Shown piece after piece: positions 8,357 through 17,570 of a stretch of DNA of 43,396 nucleotides. A model generated the notes under the pieces. That model was not told the DNA's origin. It searched no databases and worked only from the letters and a program-made list of their open reading frames with translations. The stretch comes from Candidatus Enterousia avistercoris (GTDB lineage: Bacteria > Pseudomonadota > Alphaproteobacteria > Rs-D84): contig JADINC010000049.1 of the NCBI GenBank assembly GCA_017694255.1, forward strand, positions 1-43,396, in the 5' to 3' direction. Position numbers and translations under genes: made by a program. Positions within the stretch are counted from its first letter, which is position 1; each line of letters opens with the position of its first letter.

Positions 8357-9175
8357 ATGGCATTATGGGATGACCGGCATATTCAAAGTATTATAAAGTA
8401 TAACACTTCGCGGGCCTATATTGGCGAATTTACCGCGAATGATTTGCGTGATGCCTATGTGCGTCTGCGTACCAGTTATGAAACAGAATTCCCGCTGGGC
8501 TTTACAGATGTGCGCATTGGTTTGATAAACGGTAATGTTATCTGTGATGCATTATGGAACGAAATGTCGTATAATCCGGTGCGTTTTGGGTCTTCATCGC
8601 CGTTTTTGGTTGATGGCCGTAATAATATTTATCGTTTTTGCCAAATTCGCGGTGATATTAATTCGTCGGACAAAACAGAATCTGTTTTGGCAACAATGCG
8701 TTTTAAATTGATACATTTTTTACATTGGAATTCTGACAGAAATGGTGCCTGGCGCGACGCAATGATTACAAATGCCGGCTATGTTCCTGTTGGAATGCGG
8801 GCAGACGGCCATGCAAACAGCATGTATAAACGCCTGGCAAATCTGCGCGACAGTATCAAGATTATTGCATATCAAAATGTGGCAGATTTCAAAGATATTT
8901 ATGGCCCATATCGTGCTGAAATTATTAACATGGTGAAAAAACGTCATCCAGACGGTATTCGTCCATTACGTGCCCCAAAAGTACAACCAATGGCCACCGT
9001 TTCACCGATTGCTTCACCCGCCATTGAATACGATAACGAAGAACGCGTTGACAAAGCAATGGAAAATCTGGCGATTACGATGGACAACCAGAAATATTTT
9101 TCGCCCGATGACTATGCCCAGGCCGTATCTGATTTCGAAAAATTGGCCAAAGAACGCGACCTGCACACACGATAA
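8357..9175 (+). CDS. hypothetical protein
   Basis: 272-aa ORF with RBS aaagggga, a consensus-like promoter upstream and a terminator downstream. No family motif recognised. Confidence 0.55.
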   Translation: MALWDDRHIQSIIKYNTSRAYIGEFTANDLRDAYVRLRTSYETEFPLGFTDVRIGLINGNVICDALWNEMSYNPVRFGSSSPFLVDGRNNIYRFCQIRGDINSSDKTESVLATMRFKLIHFLHWNSDRNGAWRDAMITNAGYVPVGMRADGHANSMYKRLANLRDSIKIIAYQNVADFKDIYGPYRAEIINMVKKRHPDGIRPLRAPKVQPMATVSPIASPAIEYDNEERVDKAMENLAITMDNQKYFSPDDYAQAVSDFEKLAKERDLHTR

Positions 9176-9201
9176 AAAATGCGCCATCTGGCGCGTTTTT
9201 T
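9174..9201. terminator. bidirectional rho-independent terminator
   Basis: aaaaaat-gcgcc-atct-ggcgc-g-tttttt between convergent genes. Confidence 0.6.
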
Positions 9202-10441
9202 ATTTACATACGGCAATATATGGCACAACAGATTTCGCACTGTCTATTTCGCGGTCGCCACAATCCAAACAGTTAAATTTTCTGTTTTGTGAATGCATGC
9301 TGTCGAATGGTACGTTAAATCCCTGGATTGCGGACACATTGCTGGCATATGTGGAATTTGGGAACCCAAAATAGAATGCGCGATTTGATCCCGTGCATTC
9401 GTCTGGATCCGCAGGATAACATGCCGGGTCATTAATTTTTTCTGGGTTTGGTATACATGCCGTGGCGCACGTGTCTGGATCTGTTATCATGGTTTCACAG
9501 TCTGTGCATGACGAAGACGTTGGCACACGCAGTGTTGTTCCAATTGCGCCAAACACCGCGCCACTAACCGTGTTTTGGCATTTTTTTATATTTTGTGTTG
9601 TGTTGGGATCGGCCACACATTCCCATTCCAGTGTAGAATAGTTTAATCGTGCAATCATATTATCGGGACATGCTTTTTCAGGAAACGGGTTTACGCATTC
9701 CCATACTTCATCAACCAGCACAGCTGTTTGTTGTTCCGCGCACAGTGGTTTTTTTGATTCGTCTGCCACACATTCCATCAAATCAGAATCCCATATTGTA
9801 TCCCCACCACAGTCTGTTTTTGTATTATACCCAATACATTGCCAGCGCCCAAATCGATATGTTTTAACGGTTCCAATCGGGCAAATAACATCAGGCTGTA
9901 CCGCCGCAGAAAACACGGTATCTTCATCAGGAATTTGATATTGTGTTAAATAAACCAATTGACCATTTTCCAGATTAATTTCTTCGACAATAACCTCTGG
10001 GACGGTGCGTGCGACAGTGGTTCCGCCCGCCATAATTTTCCCATCCAGAAATATACCAAATGTGCCAGCGTCTGGGAAATCTTGTTCCAGGATTTCCAGC
10101 ATATTGTTATAATTATCCGTATCCAGTGGTTTTGAAACAGTTATTATATAACTGTACGCTGGTTTTTTATTTCCGGTGATTTCGCATTCTGTTATACGGC
10201 TGTTGTCATTCAGGCATATATATTGACTGGTTATAGAATTTTGTTCAATGCATATATCTTGGAACGATGTGCCGATTATTTGCGCATTATGCGCCGCAGA
10301 CACACATTGTGCAATTGACCGCATATCAGAACGATTGATTGCGTATTCTGTTTCTTGTTCACGAACACGCTGGCTGGGGCTGGAAATCATATAGAATCCG
10401 ACCATAAATACTGCGACCAAAATCATCATAAAAATATTCAT
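9200..10441 (-). CDS. cysteine-rich exported or membrane-anchored protein, unknown function
   Basis: N-terminal hydrophobic helix MNIFMMILVAVFMVGFYMISS. About 24 Cys, concentrated in the C-terminal 230 aa. Recurring W-[QE]-C-[IV] units (RWQCIG, VWECVN, LEWECVA) and CxxC-like pairs (SCTDC, TCATAC, NCLDC). Confidence 0.6.
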   Translation of the reverse strand: MNIFMMILVAVFMVGFYMISSPSQRVREQETEYAINRSDMRSIAQCVSAAHNAQIIGTSFQDICIEQNSITSQYICLNDNSRITECEITGNKKPAYSYIITVSKPLDTDNYNNMLEILEQDFPDAGTFGIFLDGKIMAGGTTVARTVPEVIVEEINLENGQLVYLTQYQIPDEDTVFSAAVQPDVICPIGTVKTYRFGRWQCIGYNTKTDCGGDTIWDSDLMECVADESKKPLCAEQQTAVLVDEVWECVNPFPEKACPDNMIARLNYSTLEWECVADPNTTQNIKKCQNTVSGAVFGAIGTTLRVPTSSSCTDCETMITDPDTCATACIPNPEKINDPACYPADPDECTGSNRAFYFGFPNSTYASNVSAIQGFNVPFDSMHSQNRKFNCLDCGDREIDSAKSVVPYIAVCK

Positions 10442-10521
10442 TATTCCCCCTTGCGCTTTATTAAAAGTCTAGGTAATATAAGGATAAAAAGCAATAGGAA
10501 AACAAAAAAACTGTGTTGAAC

Positions 10522-10998
10522 ATGAAAAAATACCTTTGGTTTTTGTTGCCTTTGGCCGCGTGCGGGTTCCAGCCAATGTATACTGAACGCGATACAGATA
10601 TATACGTTGCGCCCATAAGTGGCATTAATGGTATAGATTTGCGAAATGATTTAAGTGCAAAATTTGGTGGTATGCGTGATGCCACGGCAACATATACATT
10701 AACAGTGAATTTGCACAGCCCCATCACCCGGTACAAGGCACTGGAAGCAACTGGTGACGCCACATGGCAAGAAATTGTATTAACGGCGGATTATGTATTG
10801 GCGGTTGATGATACAGAAATTGCCCGTGGTACGGAAAGTGCGTCTGAATCATATACATTTGTTCGCTATTTGGTTGCGGCGAACGCGTCATATAATAATG
10901 CCGTCCAAAATACAATTGGTGTATTAGCGGAAAAAATTGGTGCCCGCGTAATTGCCGAAACATATCGTTATGACAGTAATCACGATGATGAAAAATAA
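10522..10998 (+). CDS. lptE: LPS-assembly lipoprotein LptE
   Basis: Lipobox plus the conserved start MKKYLWFLLPLAACGFQPMY (alphaproteobacterial LptE pattern AACGF.P.Y). Size is about 160 aa. Immediately upstream of holA with a 1-nt overlap, the classical lptE-holA synteny. Confidence 0.75.
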   Translation: MKKYLWFLLPLAACGFQPMYTERDTDIYVAPISGINGIDLRNDLSAKFGGMRDATATYTLTVNLHSPITRYKALEATGDATWQEIVLTADYVLAVDDTEIARGTESASESYTFVRYLVAANASYNNAVQNTIGVLAEKIGARVIAETYRYDSNHDDEK

Positions 10999-11987
10999 TG
11001 AAATGGAAAGAATCTGATTTTAACAGCGGTATCGATAAAATCCGTGCAGTTTTAATTTATGGCCCTGATGCAGGCCAGGTTGACGAATATTGTGATCGTG
11101 CTACAGAAAAACTGGAAATTGAAAAAGATAATTTATTTGCGCTGGATTCGGACGAACTGCGTGAAAAGCAAGACGCACTGTTCGCAGAAAGTTGCAGTCC
11201 GTCTATGTTTGGCGGCCGTAAAATGGTTATAATATCTAATGCCAGCGACAGTGATGCAAAATTAATTTCAGATTTGGTAAATCATTCTGGGTTGTGTGCG
11301 TCTGTTGTTATTACTGCGGGCGATTTACGTGCCGGTGGCGGATTGCGTTCTTTGTTCGAAGGCGCGGATAATTTGGCGGCATTGGCATGTTATACAGATG
11401 ACGCAAAAAGTTTGGCAACATTAATTCGGCGTGAATTGTCGGCAGCATCTGGGATTCAGCAAATAACGCCTGATGCCATGGCATACATGACGTCGCATTT
11501 GGGTGGGGATCGCGGGATTACGCGTGGTTTTTTGGCGAAAATTGCGCTGTATGTTGATGATAAAAAAATTGTCGAACTGGATGACGTAGAAAAATGTTTA
11601 CCAGACACCGGTGCGGCAAACACAGATGATTATTTATATTCATTAACGGCGGGCCATGTTCAGCAAACAATGGTTGCTCTGGATCGTTTATTATATGACA
11701 ATGCTGAACCTAATATGTTGTTGCGCATGTTGGATGGGCATTTCAAAAAATTGTTAACCGCCGTTGTCGAAGGGCAATTGCCGCGCCTGTTTTGGAAGGT
11801 TGCCGAAAAATTCAACCAGGCCATGAAAATATGGACTGAACCAGAAATTGTTGCGGTTTTGCGTCGGTTAAATGAACTGGAACAACAATTACGAACGACC
11901 GGCATGCCGGCGGAAATATTATTGCGCGATTTTTCGCTGAAATTGGCGATGCGTGCAATGAAACTGTCTGTTAAACGGAGAAAATAA
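10998..11987 (+). CDS. holA: DNA polymerase III subunit delta
   Basis: 329 aa. N-terminal AVLIYGPDAGQVDEY pattern. Synteny after lptE. Confidence 0.75.
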   Translation: MKWKESDFNSGIDKIRAVLIYGPDAGQVDEYCDRATEKLEIEKDNLFALDSDELREKQDALFAESCSPSMFGGRKMVIISNASDSDAKLISDLVNHSGLCASVVITAGDLRAGGGLRSLFEGADNLAALACYTDDAKSLATLIRRELSAASGIQQITPDAMAYMTSHLGGDRGITRGFLAKIALYVDDKKIVELDDVEKCLPDTGAANTDDYLYSLTAGHVQQTMVALDRLLYDNAEPNMLLRMLDGHFKKLLTAVVEGQLPRLFWKVAEKFNQAMKIWTEPEIVAVLRRLNELEQQLRTTGMPAEILLRDFSLKLAMRAMKLSVKRRK

Positions 11988-11989
11988 AA

Positions 11990-12754
11990 ATGTTATCTTC
12001 TGTATATGCACCAAAAGATTTTAAACGTCTGCGTGTGGTTGGCGATATCGTGGCACGATGCTTTGACCATATCGCGCCGCATATTCGGGCGGGAATTTCC
12101 ACGGGGGAAATAGATCGCATGGTGGCGGAATTTTTACGTGCCAATGGCGCGCGTTCATCGGACCTGGGGTACCAGGGATATCCTAAAAGCATATGTACAT
12201 CGGTTAATGATGTTATCGTGCACGGCATCCCCAGTGATGATGTTATATTGCATGATGGCGATATTGTAAATGTCGATTTAACGGCCCAGTTCAAGGGCTT
12301 TCACGGCGACGCATCGCGTATGTTTATGATTGGCAACGTTGCCCCACGTGCGCGTGAATTGGTCCAAACATGCCAAGATGCATTAAATGCGGCAATTTCA
12401 ATTTGTGCCCCGGGGGTACCGCTGTCGGAAATTGGCAAAACCATAGAATCTGTTGTTTTACCGCATGGTTTTTCTATATCGCGCGATTTTGTTGGTCACG
12501 GCATTGGCAAGGTTATGCACGACGACCCGCAAATCTATCATTTTTATGACAAGCGCTGGGACAAGGTAAAAATGGTCCCGGGTTTGGTATTTACAATTGA
12601 ACCGATGATAAATATGGGACGCCCCGAATGCCGGATTGATGCCGACGGCTGGACGGCACGCACGGTTGATGGCGGATGGTCTGCCCAGTGGGAACATACA
12701 TTGGGAATAACCGAAGATGGTGTGATAATATTTACTGAAAAAATTATTCCATAG
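11990..12754 (+). CDS. map: type I methionine aminopeptidase
   Basis: Metal-ligand context VNDVIVHGIP..GDIVNVDL...FHGD, GHGIG..MHDDP, and FTIEPMIN...WSAQWEHT. Confidence 0.9.
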   Translation: MLSSVYAPKDFKRLRVVGDIVARCFDHIAPHIRAGISTGEIDRMVAEFLRANGARSSDLGYQGYPKSICTSVNDVIVHGIPSDDVILHDGDIVNVDLTAQFKGFHGDASRMFMIGNVAPRARELVQTCQDALNAAISICAPGVPLSEIGKTIESVVLPHGFSISRDFVGHGIGKVMHDDPQIYHFYDKRWDKVKMVPGLVFTIEPMINMGRPECRIDADGWTARTVDGGWSAQWEHTLGITEDGVIIFTEKIIP

Positions 12755-12773
12755 ATTCTTATGGGGGCCGCAT

Positions 12774-13460
12774 TTGAAACCGAATGATACAGATTTAAAT
12801 TTTCATGCTGGTCATCGTGAACGTTTACGCCAAAAGTTTCTGGATGGTCATTTGGCGGATTATGAAGTATTGGAATTATTATTAAGTTTTGTTATCCCGC
12901 GTTGTGATGTTCGTCCATTGGCGCGGGGTTTAGTCGCGCATTTTGGTGGTATATATGCGGTTTTAACGGCACCGATTTCTGAATTGATGGGATATAAAGG
13001 TGTCGGACGAAATACCGCGATTTTTATCAAAGCAATTGCCAGTCTGATGCAGACCAGTTGTAAATTTGAATTAACGCAATCGCCAATTTTCCATGATGAA
13101 ATAACATTGCGAAATTATTGTATATTGAAAATAGGTGGTAAAACGATAGAAGAATTTCATGTATTATATCTGGATATTAATTTGCGGTTAATTGCGGATG
13201 ATTTACATACTATCGGCACGATTGATTGGTCGCCAGTATTCCCACGTGATATATTGAAACGCGCACTGGATTTGAATGCGCGATCTGTGGTTTTATTGCA
13301 TAATCATCCAACCCCAAATACATCATTTTCTGAACCAGACGTAAAAATAACATCTGAAATCAAGAATATTTTGGCCACGTGCGATATAAATTTATACGAC
13401 CATTACCTGGTATCTGGTGGAATTGTTTATTCGGCGCGCGATTTGTTTTTGTTAAAATAA
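12774..13460 (+). CDS. radC: RadC family JAMM-domain protein
   Basis: TTG start preceded by ggggg. N-terminal GHRERLRQKFL and C-terminal JAMM motif VLLHNHPTPNTSFSEPD..T. Confidence 0.85.
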   Translation: MKPNDTDLNFHAGHRERLRQKFLDGHLADYEVLELLLSFVIPRCDVRPLARGLVAHFGGIYAVLTAPISELMGYKGVGRNTAIFIKAIASLMQTSCKFELTQSPIFHDEITLRNYCILKIGGKTIEEFHVLYLDINLRLIADDLHTIGTIDWSPVFPRDILKRALDLNARSVVLLHNHPTPNTSFSEPDVKITSEIKNILATCDINLYDHYLVSGGIVYSARDLFLLK

Positions 13461-14087
13461 ATCAGAAACATCACACACTGTTTTTAATTGTTGTGATGAC
13501 ACCGGGGCCAGAATGTTGTTTTCGTTAAATGCGTATATTGTACGTGTTGCCATTGTCGGTGTTTCCCACGAATCTTGCCATGGGCGCGATATTTTAATTA
13601 CACGAAAGTCTGGTTGAAATATAAATTTTATTTTTGTTAATGCGCATTCTGCACCTTCGGTTGTTCTGAATCCGTCGGGGGTTATATCAACAAATTCGCC
13701 ATCAATATTCAGTTCTATTTTATATTCATCATAGAAATGTGCTGTTCCATTTTCATTGCGATTTCGTGTAATTCTGTCGCGAATACCATCCTCGTTTATA
13801 TCTATGTCAAAAATATCCCGTTGTGCCAGTCCACTGCCAAATTCGTCCAGTTGATAGCTTTGTGAAAAGTCTGGGTTTATCAATCCGTCTGAAAATTCGC
13901 CAGGGCTTGGCACAAATGTTGGTGCGATTTCATTATCATTTGCACTGGGGGATACAACGCCATGCGTTTGTCCAAATTTTGGCATTGGGCCACCCGCCAG
14001 TATATATATCAATACACCAATTACAACCAGCATTATAATCAATAAAACATTTACAGTTATTCCACCAAATTGATGCGTTTGCTTCAT
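13452..14087 (-). CDS. membrane-anchored hypothetical protein
   Basis: N-terminal TM helix ITVNVLLIIMLVVIGVLIYIL. Last gene of a tightly spaced three-gene minus-strand operon, with a 12-nt gap to the upstream gene. Confidence 0.55.
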   Translation of the reverse strand: MKQTHQFGGITVNVLLIIMLVVIGVLIYILAGGPMPKFGQTHGVVSPSANDNEIAPTFVPSPGEFSDGLINPDFSQSYQLDEFGSGLAQRDIFDIDINEDGIRDRITRNRNENGTAHFYDEYKIELNIDGEFVDITPDGFRTTEGAECALTKIKFIFQPDFRVIKISRPWQDSWETPTMATRTIYAFNENNILAPVSSQQLKTVCDVSDLF

Positions 14088-14099
14088 GTTAAATACCCT

Positions 14100-15158
14100 T
14101 TATCCTGCGACGGTACGTCCCGGGGTCCAGCCTTCGATTTGACGTATTGCACTGGCGACACGTGCCAATTCTGCATCAGACAAATCACTCATTCTGCGAT
14201 TAATTGATAACCCGGTCAGTTGTTCTATTCGTCTGTGATATGCCGACGTATTGTTTTCTGTTGGTGGGGCATATCGGCTGATTGCCCCAGCCACAGTTAA
14301 ACGATTATAACTGTCGGTGCGCAACAGTGCGCTGATTGCGCGATTTCCTGTTTCTTCGTCTGGGAAAACGGCAAAACCGCCAGCCTCGCCAATGGCACCG
14401 GCACGTCTGGAAAATTCAGAATATCGTATATTCCCAGGATTATTGTTTCGCCATGCGCGACTGCCGCCTGTTCGGCGATATTGTGTTCCGTCCGATCCAG
14501 TATATATCACATCGCGTGATGCTGCATGTGCACGGATTGGGCGTTCTGTGCCACGTGTGTCCCGTGGCGTTTGAAGTGTTGCGGTGTCGCGGGTTGCCAC
14601 GGCGGGGGCGTGGGGCACGGCTGGATTAATTGCCGCGGATATTCCGTCTGATGATACGGATACATCCGGGACCATCGGTGTGCCCGCTCCAGACACAGGG
14701 GCACTGGCATACGGCGTGGTTGGCACCCCAGAATCATATATATTAAATTCTTCGTATAAATTATATTTGTTATTATTGCCCAGTTCCATGTTTCGCGCAT
14801 CCAGCAATTTATTTAATTCATCAAATGAAACCTGGATTGTGCGGCACCCGCGCGCGAACAAATCGTCGCCCCAAATCATGTTAACGATTGGGACGGCGGC
14901 TGATAAGGTTCCAAACATTATAATCAGATTTCGTAAATTGGTGAAAATATCGTTTTTTGCGCCACGTATCATTGATATTGCCCATCCGAACAATAACACC
15001 CCAGTGATACAGACAATCACAATCCATGCGTATTCAATGAATGTTTCAAAACTGCGCAGTATGCACGATGGATCTTCCAGATACAGATATGTACTGTCGG
15101 TTCCCAATATATGGAAACCGGAATTTTGCAACAGTCTAATAATTATATCTGTATTCAT
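14100..15158 (-). CDS. membrane protein with C-terminal 'RAWRNNNPG' domain of unknown function (paralog of 16827..17570)
   Basis: Two predicted TM helices (AWIVIVCITGVLLFGWAISMI, LIIMFGTLSAAVPIVNMIW) and a Pro/Ala/Thr linker. The C-terminal roughly 145 aa are clearly homologous to the C-terminus of the 16827..17570 product. Confidence 0.6.
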   Translation of the reverse strand: MNTDIIIRLLQNSGFHILGTDSTYLYLEDPSCILRSFETFIEYAWIVIVCITGVLLFGWAISMIRGAKNDIFTNLRNLIIMFGTLSAAVPIVNMIWGDDLFARGCRTIQVSFDELNKLLDARNMELGNNNKYNLYEEFNIYDSGVPTTPYASAPVSGAGTPMVPDVSVSSDGISAAINPAVPHAPAVATRDTATLQTPRDTRGTERPIRAHAASRDVIYTGSDGTQYRRTGGSRAWRNNNPGNIRYSEFSRRAGAIGEAGGFAVFPDEETGNRAISALLRTDSYNRLTVAGAISRYAPPTENNTSAYHRRIEQLTGLSINRRMSDLSDAELARVASAIRQIEGWTPGRTVAG

Positions 15159-15177
15159 TGTTGTTCATTGTATGCGC

Positions 15178-16233
15178 CTATTTTTTTGATGCGGCGTTTG
15201 TAAAGAATCCAGGAATAGAAAAATCATCATCATTGGCGGCGATTCCGGCCCATCCGAACAAATCGCCCATTATTCCGTTGTCATCGCGTTTGGCTTTTTT
15301 AAACGGCAGAATGTTTTTTAATTTTCCAATTTTACTGTGCGATTCTGGCTTTGGCGTGGCGGGAATTTTATCTTGATTTTCTGCGAATTCAGTCGCCAAT
15401 TGTTCCAGTGTTGCATCTGTATCATCTGGGGCAGGGACAGAATCAGCATCAAATTCTGGTTCTGTTTGTGAATGCACGTCTTCGACAATATCTTCGCGCA
15501 GTGGCGCCATGCTTTCCAGTAATTGTTCCAGTGTCTTTTCCACTGGTGCGTCTGGTGCGTCATCATTTATCATATCTGCGATTGTAGTGTGCGTTTCGAT
15601 TTCATCGCCATTATCGTTTTCAGTGGTTAATTCTGCGCTGATATCAATATCTGCAATTATTGGGGCGGCATCATCATCCGCATTGGAAATATCACCAGTT
15701 ATTGTCGCATTATCATCAGCAATTGGTTGGTTTTGCGCATTTTCTGAATCCATTGCATCTGAATCCTGGTTCGCCGCCAGAATTGATAATATAGGAATTA
15801 TTTTTTCTGTTTTTTCATCATTCCCATCCGCCATTTCTGGTTTGTTATCTTTGGCAATTTGTTCGGCGTTATCTGTTGCAACCGCGCCCACCGATTTACG
15901 ACGACCGCGTGGTTTTTTTACAGGTTTTGTTTCTTCGGGAACCGCCGTAATTACAGTTGTATCAACAGTTTCATTAATTTCATTTTCTGGTTCTGGGGAC
16001 GTATCTATTGAATTTGTGGCTGTATCTGGGGTATTTGTAATTTGAATGGCTGTATCATCTTGTTCGGTCAGATTTTCTGTATGTTTCAATGCGTTATCAC
16101 TGTCCACCGGCACCCCGAACAGCACCGTGTCCCGCCCCAGGTTTAATGTTGCGCGAACCTCTTCAAAAGCGGCGCGAATATCGGCCATTTCAAACGTTTC
16201 ATTACCCGAAATATAAATGATTTTTGTTTTCAT
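15178..16233 (-). CDS. acidic, largely disordered protein with small folded N-terminus and conserved-looking C-terminal peptide
   Basis: ATG at 16233 (MKTKIIYISG) preceded by gggggaaag. About 250 aa are D/E/T/N-rich low complexity, with one basic patch KKPRGRRKS. C-terminus reads ...LFGWAGIAANDDDFSIPGFFTNAASKK. Confidence 0.6.
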   Translation of the reverse strand: MKTKIIYISGNETFEMADIRAAFEEVRATLNLGRDTVLFGVPVDSDNALKHTENLTEQDDTAIQITNTPDTATNSIDTSPEPENEINETVDTTVITAVPEETKPVKKPRGRRKSVGAVATDNAEQIAKDNKPEMADGNDEKTEKIIPILSILAANQDSDAMDSENAQNQPIADDNATITGDISNADDDAAPIIADIDISAELTTENDNGDEIETHTTIADMINDDAPDAPVEKTLEQLLESMAPLREDIVEDVHSQTEPEFDADSVPAPDDTDATLEQLATEFAENQDKIPATPKPESHSKIGKLKNILPFKKAKRDDNGIMGDLFGWAGIAANDDDFSIPGFFTNAASKK

Positions 16234-16316
16234 AGAATACTTTCCCCCACTAGATAGGGCTATTATATCATATTTTAGTGTTGAACGCATGTAAAAAATA
16301 TCTTAAACTGTAAAAT

Positions 16317-16526
16317 ATGTCGGATATAAAGCAGCAAATATTTCAAGAATTATCTGCACTGGAAGATGCCACCGCGCGTCTGCGTTCAACCGCGGTTAAT
16401 GCCGGGCGTCAAACGGATCTAGAGGTTGCAATCCTGACCGAACAGGTTAAAAGTCTGCGGGAAAAAAATGCCCGTGCGACCGAAATGATAAATAAATCCA
16501 TAGATATAATAAAGAATTTGAAATGA
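16317..16526 (+). CDS. ZauP-like coiled-coil protein (ZapA partner, DUF4164-like)
   Basis: 69-aa heptad-rich ORF whose stop overlaps the zapA start (ATGA). Position directly upstream of zapA matches the Caulobacter zauP-zapA arrangement. Confidence 0.5.
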   Translation: MSDIKQQIFQELSALEDATARLRSTAVNAGRQTDLEVAILTEQVKSLREKNARATEMINKSIDIIKNLK

Positions 16527-16801
16527 GTGTTGTGTCCATACCAATTGTTAATAAAAACTATCCCATGGGGTGCGAAGATGGCCAGGAATCGCGCCTGATA
16601 GAATTGGGCAAAATGGTTGATGCACGCGCCCGCGAAATTTTGGACAAGATTGGCCCATTACCAGAATCTGCATTATTGGCAACATTGTGTATTGTTTTGG
16701 CAGATGAACTGCGTAATCGTCCGGCGCCATCTGTATCTGATGCAGATTTGCGGGAAATATTGGCACGAATTCGGGAAATAAAAAACAAAATCGGGCAATG
16801 A
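16523..16801 (+). CDS. zapA: cell division protein ZapA
   Basis: V.I.I..K.Y..GC.DGQE.RL..L...VD............ALLA.L.I.LADEL pattern typical of ZapA. 92 aa. Confidence 0.7.
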   Translation: MSVVSIPIVNKNYPMGCEDGQESRLIELGKMVDARAREILDKIGPLPESALLATLCIVLADELRNRPAPSVSDADLREILARIREIKNKIGQ

Positions 16802-16825
16802 AAAAACGCGCATTTGCGCGTTTTT
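16801..16825. terminator. bidirectional rho-independent terminator
   Basis: aaaaaa-cgcgc-attt-gcgcg-ttttt between convergent zapA and the 16827 gene. Confidence 0.6.
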
Positions 16826-16826
16826 A

Positions 16827-17570
16827 TTATCGTGTATATTGATTTGCGGTCATGATTTTTGCCTGGACTGCTGAAAACTGGTTATATGTTTTCACAGAAT
16901 CTGTCGCATCAGTTTTAATGTTTGTTTCGTGTCCCGGGCGCCATCCTTCGACAATACAAATTATTTTAACGACGCGCATAATTTGTTCATCGTTTAATGC
17001 GGATATTTTTGTATCTATGGGCAGTTCCGTAGATTTGCGAACATGATTTTTATACTCCTGGGTATCGTTTTCATGTGGCGGTGCATATTTAAATATAGCC
17101 TGGGCGATTGTTAAATTGCTGTATCCGTCCGAACGCAACAGTGCGGCAATTGCACGTCGTCCTGTTTCTTCGTCTGGAAAAACAGCGAATCCACCTGCGC
17201 GTCCAATTGCACCATGTGCAACCGCAAATTCAGAATATCGCAAACACCCAGGATTATTATTGCGCCATGCCCGTGTTCCACCACTGCGTTTAAATTGATT
17301 ACCATTCGCCCGTGTATATACAACATCATAGCGTTGTGCCGTGGCCTCTATGGGCGTTTCCATTAATGTCGCGTTATCTGTATACGTATAGTCTGCATTT
17401 GAATTTGCTGCGGAATTTATGCTGTTTTCGGGCGCATGAACGGCTGTTTTTACACAGGCCGATTTTTTATCATTTGGTTCTGAATTACCGTTTGCCCCGA
17501 TTAAATGTCCCGCGCTAAATACCATTGCGGCCCCCGTCAAAAAGTACGGAATTGTGTACTTGAAACTCAT
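16827..17570 (-). CDS. secreted protein with 'RAWRNNNPG' domain of unknown function (paralog of 14100..15158)
   Basis: Signal-peptide-like N-terminus MSFKYTIPYFLTGAAMVFSAGHLIGA. C-terminal block GGTRAWRNNNPGCLRYSEF..GAIGRAGGFAVFPDEETGRRAIAALLRSDGYSNLTIAQAIFKYAPPHENDTQEY. Confidence 0.65.
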   Translation of the reverse strand: MSFKYTIPYFLTGAAMVFSAGHLIGANGNSEPNDKKSACVKTAVHAPENSINSAANSNADYTYTDNATLMETPIEATAQRYDVVYTRANGNQFKRSGGTRAWRNNNPGCLRYSEFAVAHGAIGRAGGFAVFPDEETGRRAIAALLRSDGYSNLTIAQAIFKYAPPHENDTQEYKNHVRKSTELPIDTKISALNDEQIMRVVKIICIVEGWRPGHETNIKTDATDSVKTYNQFSAVQAKIMTANQYTR

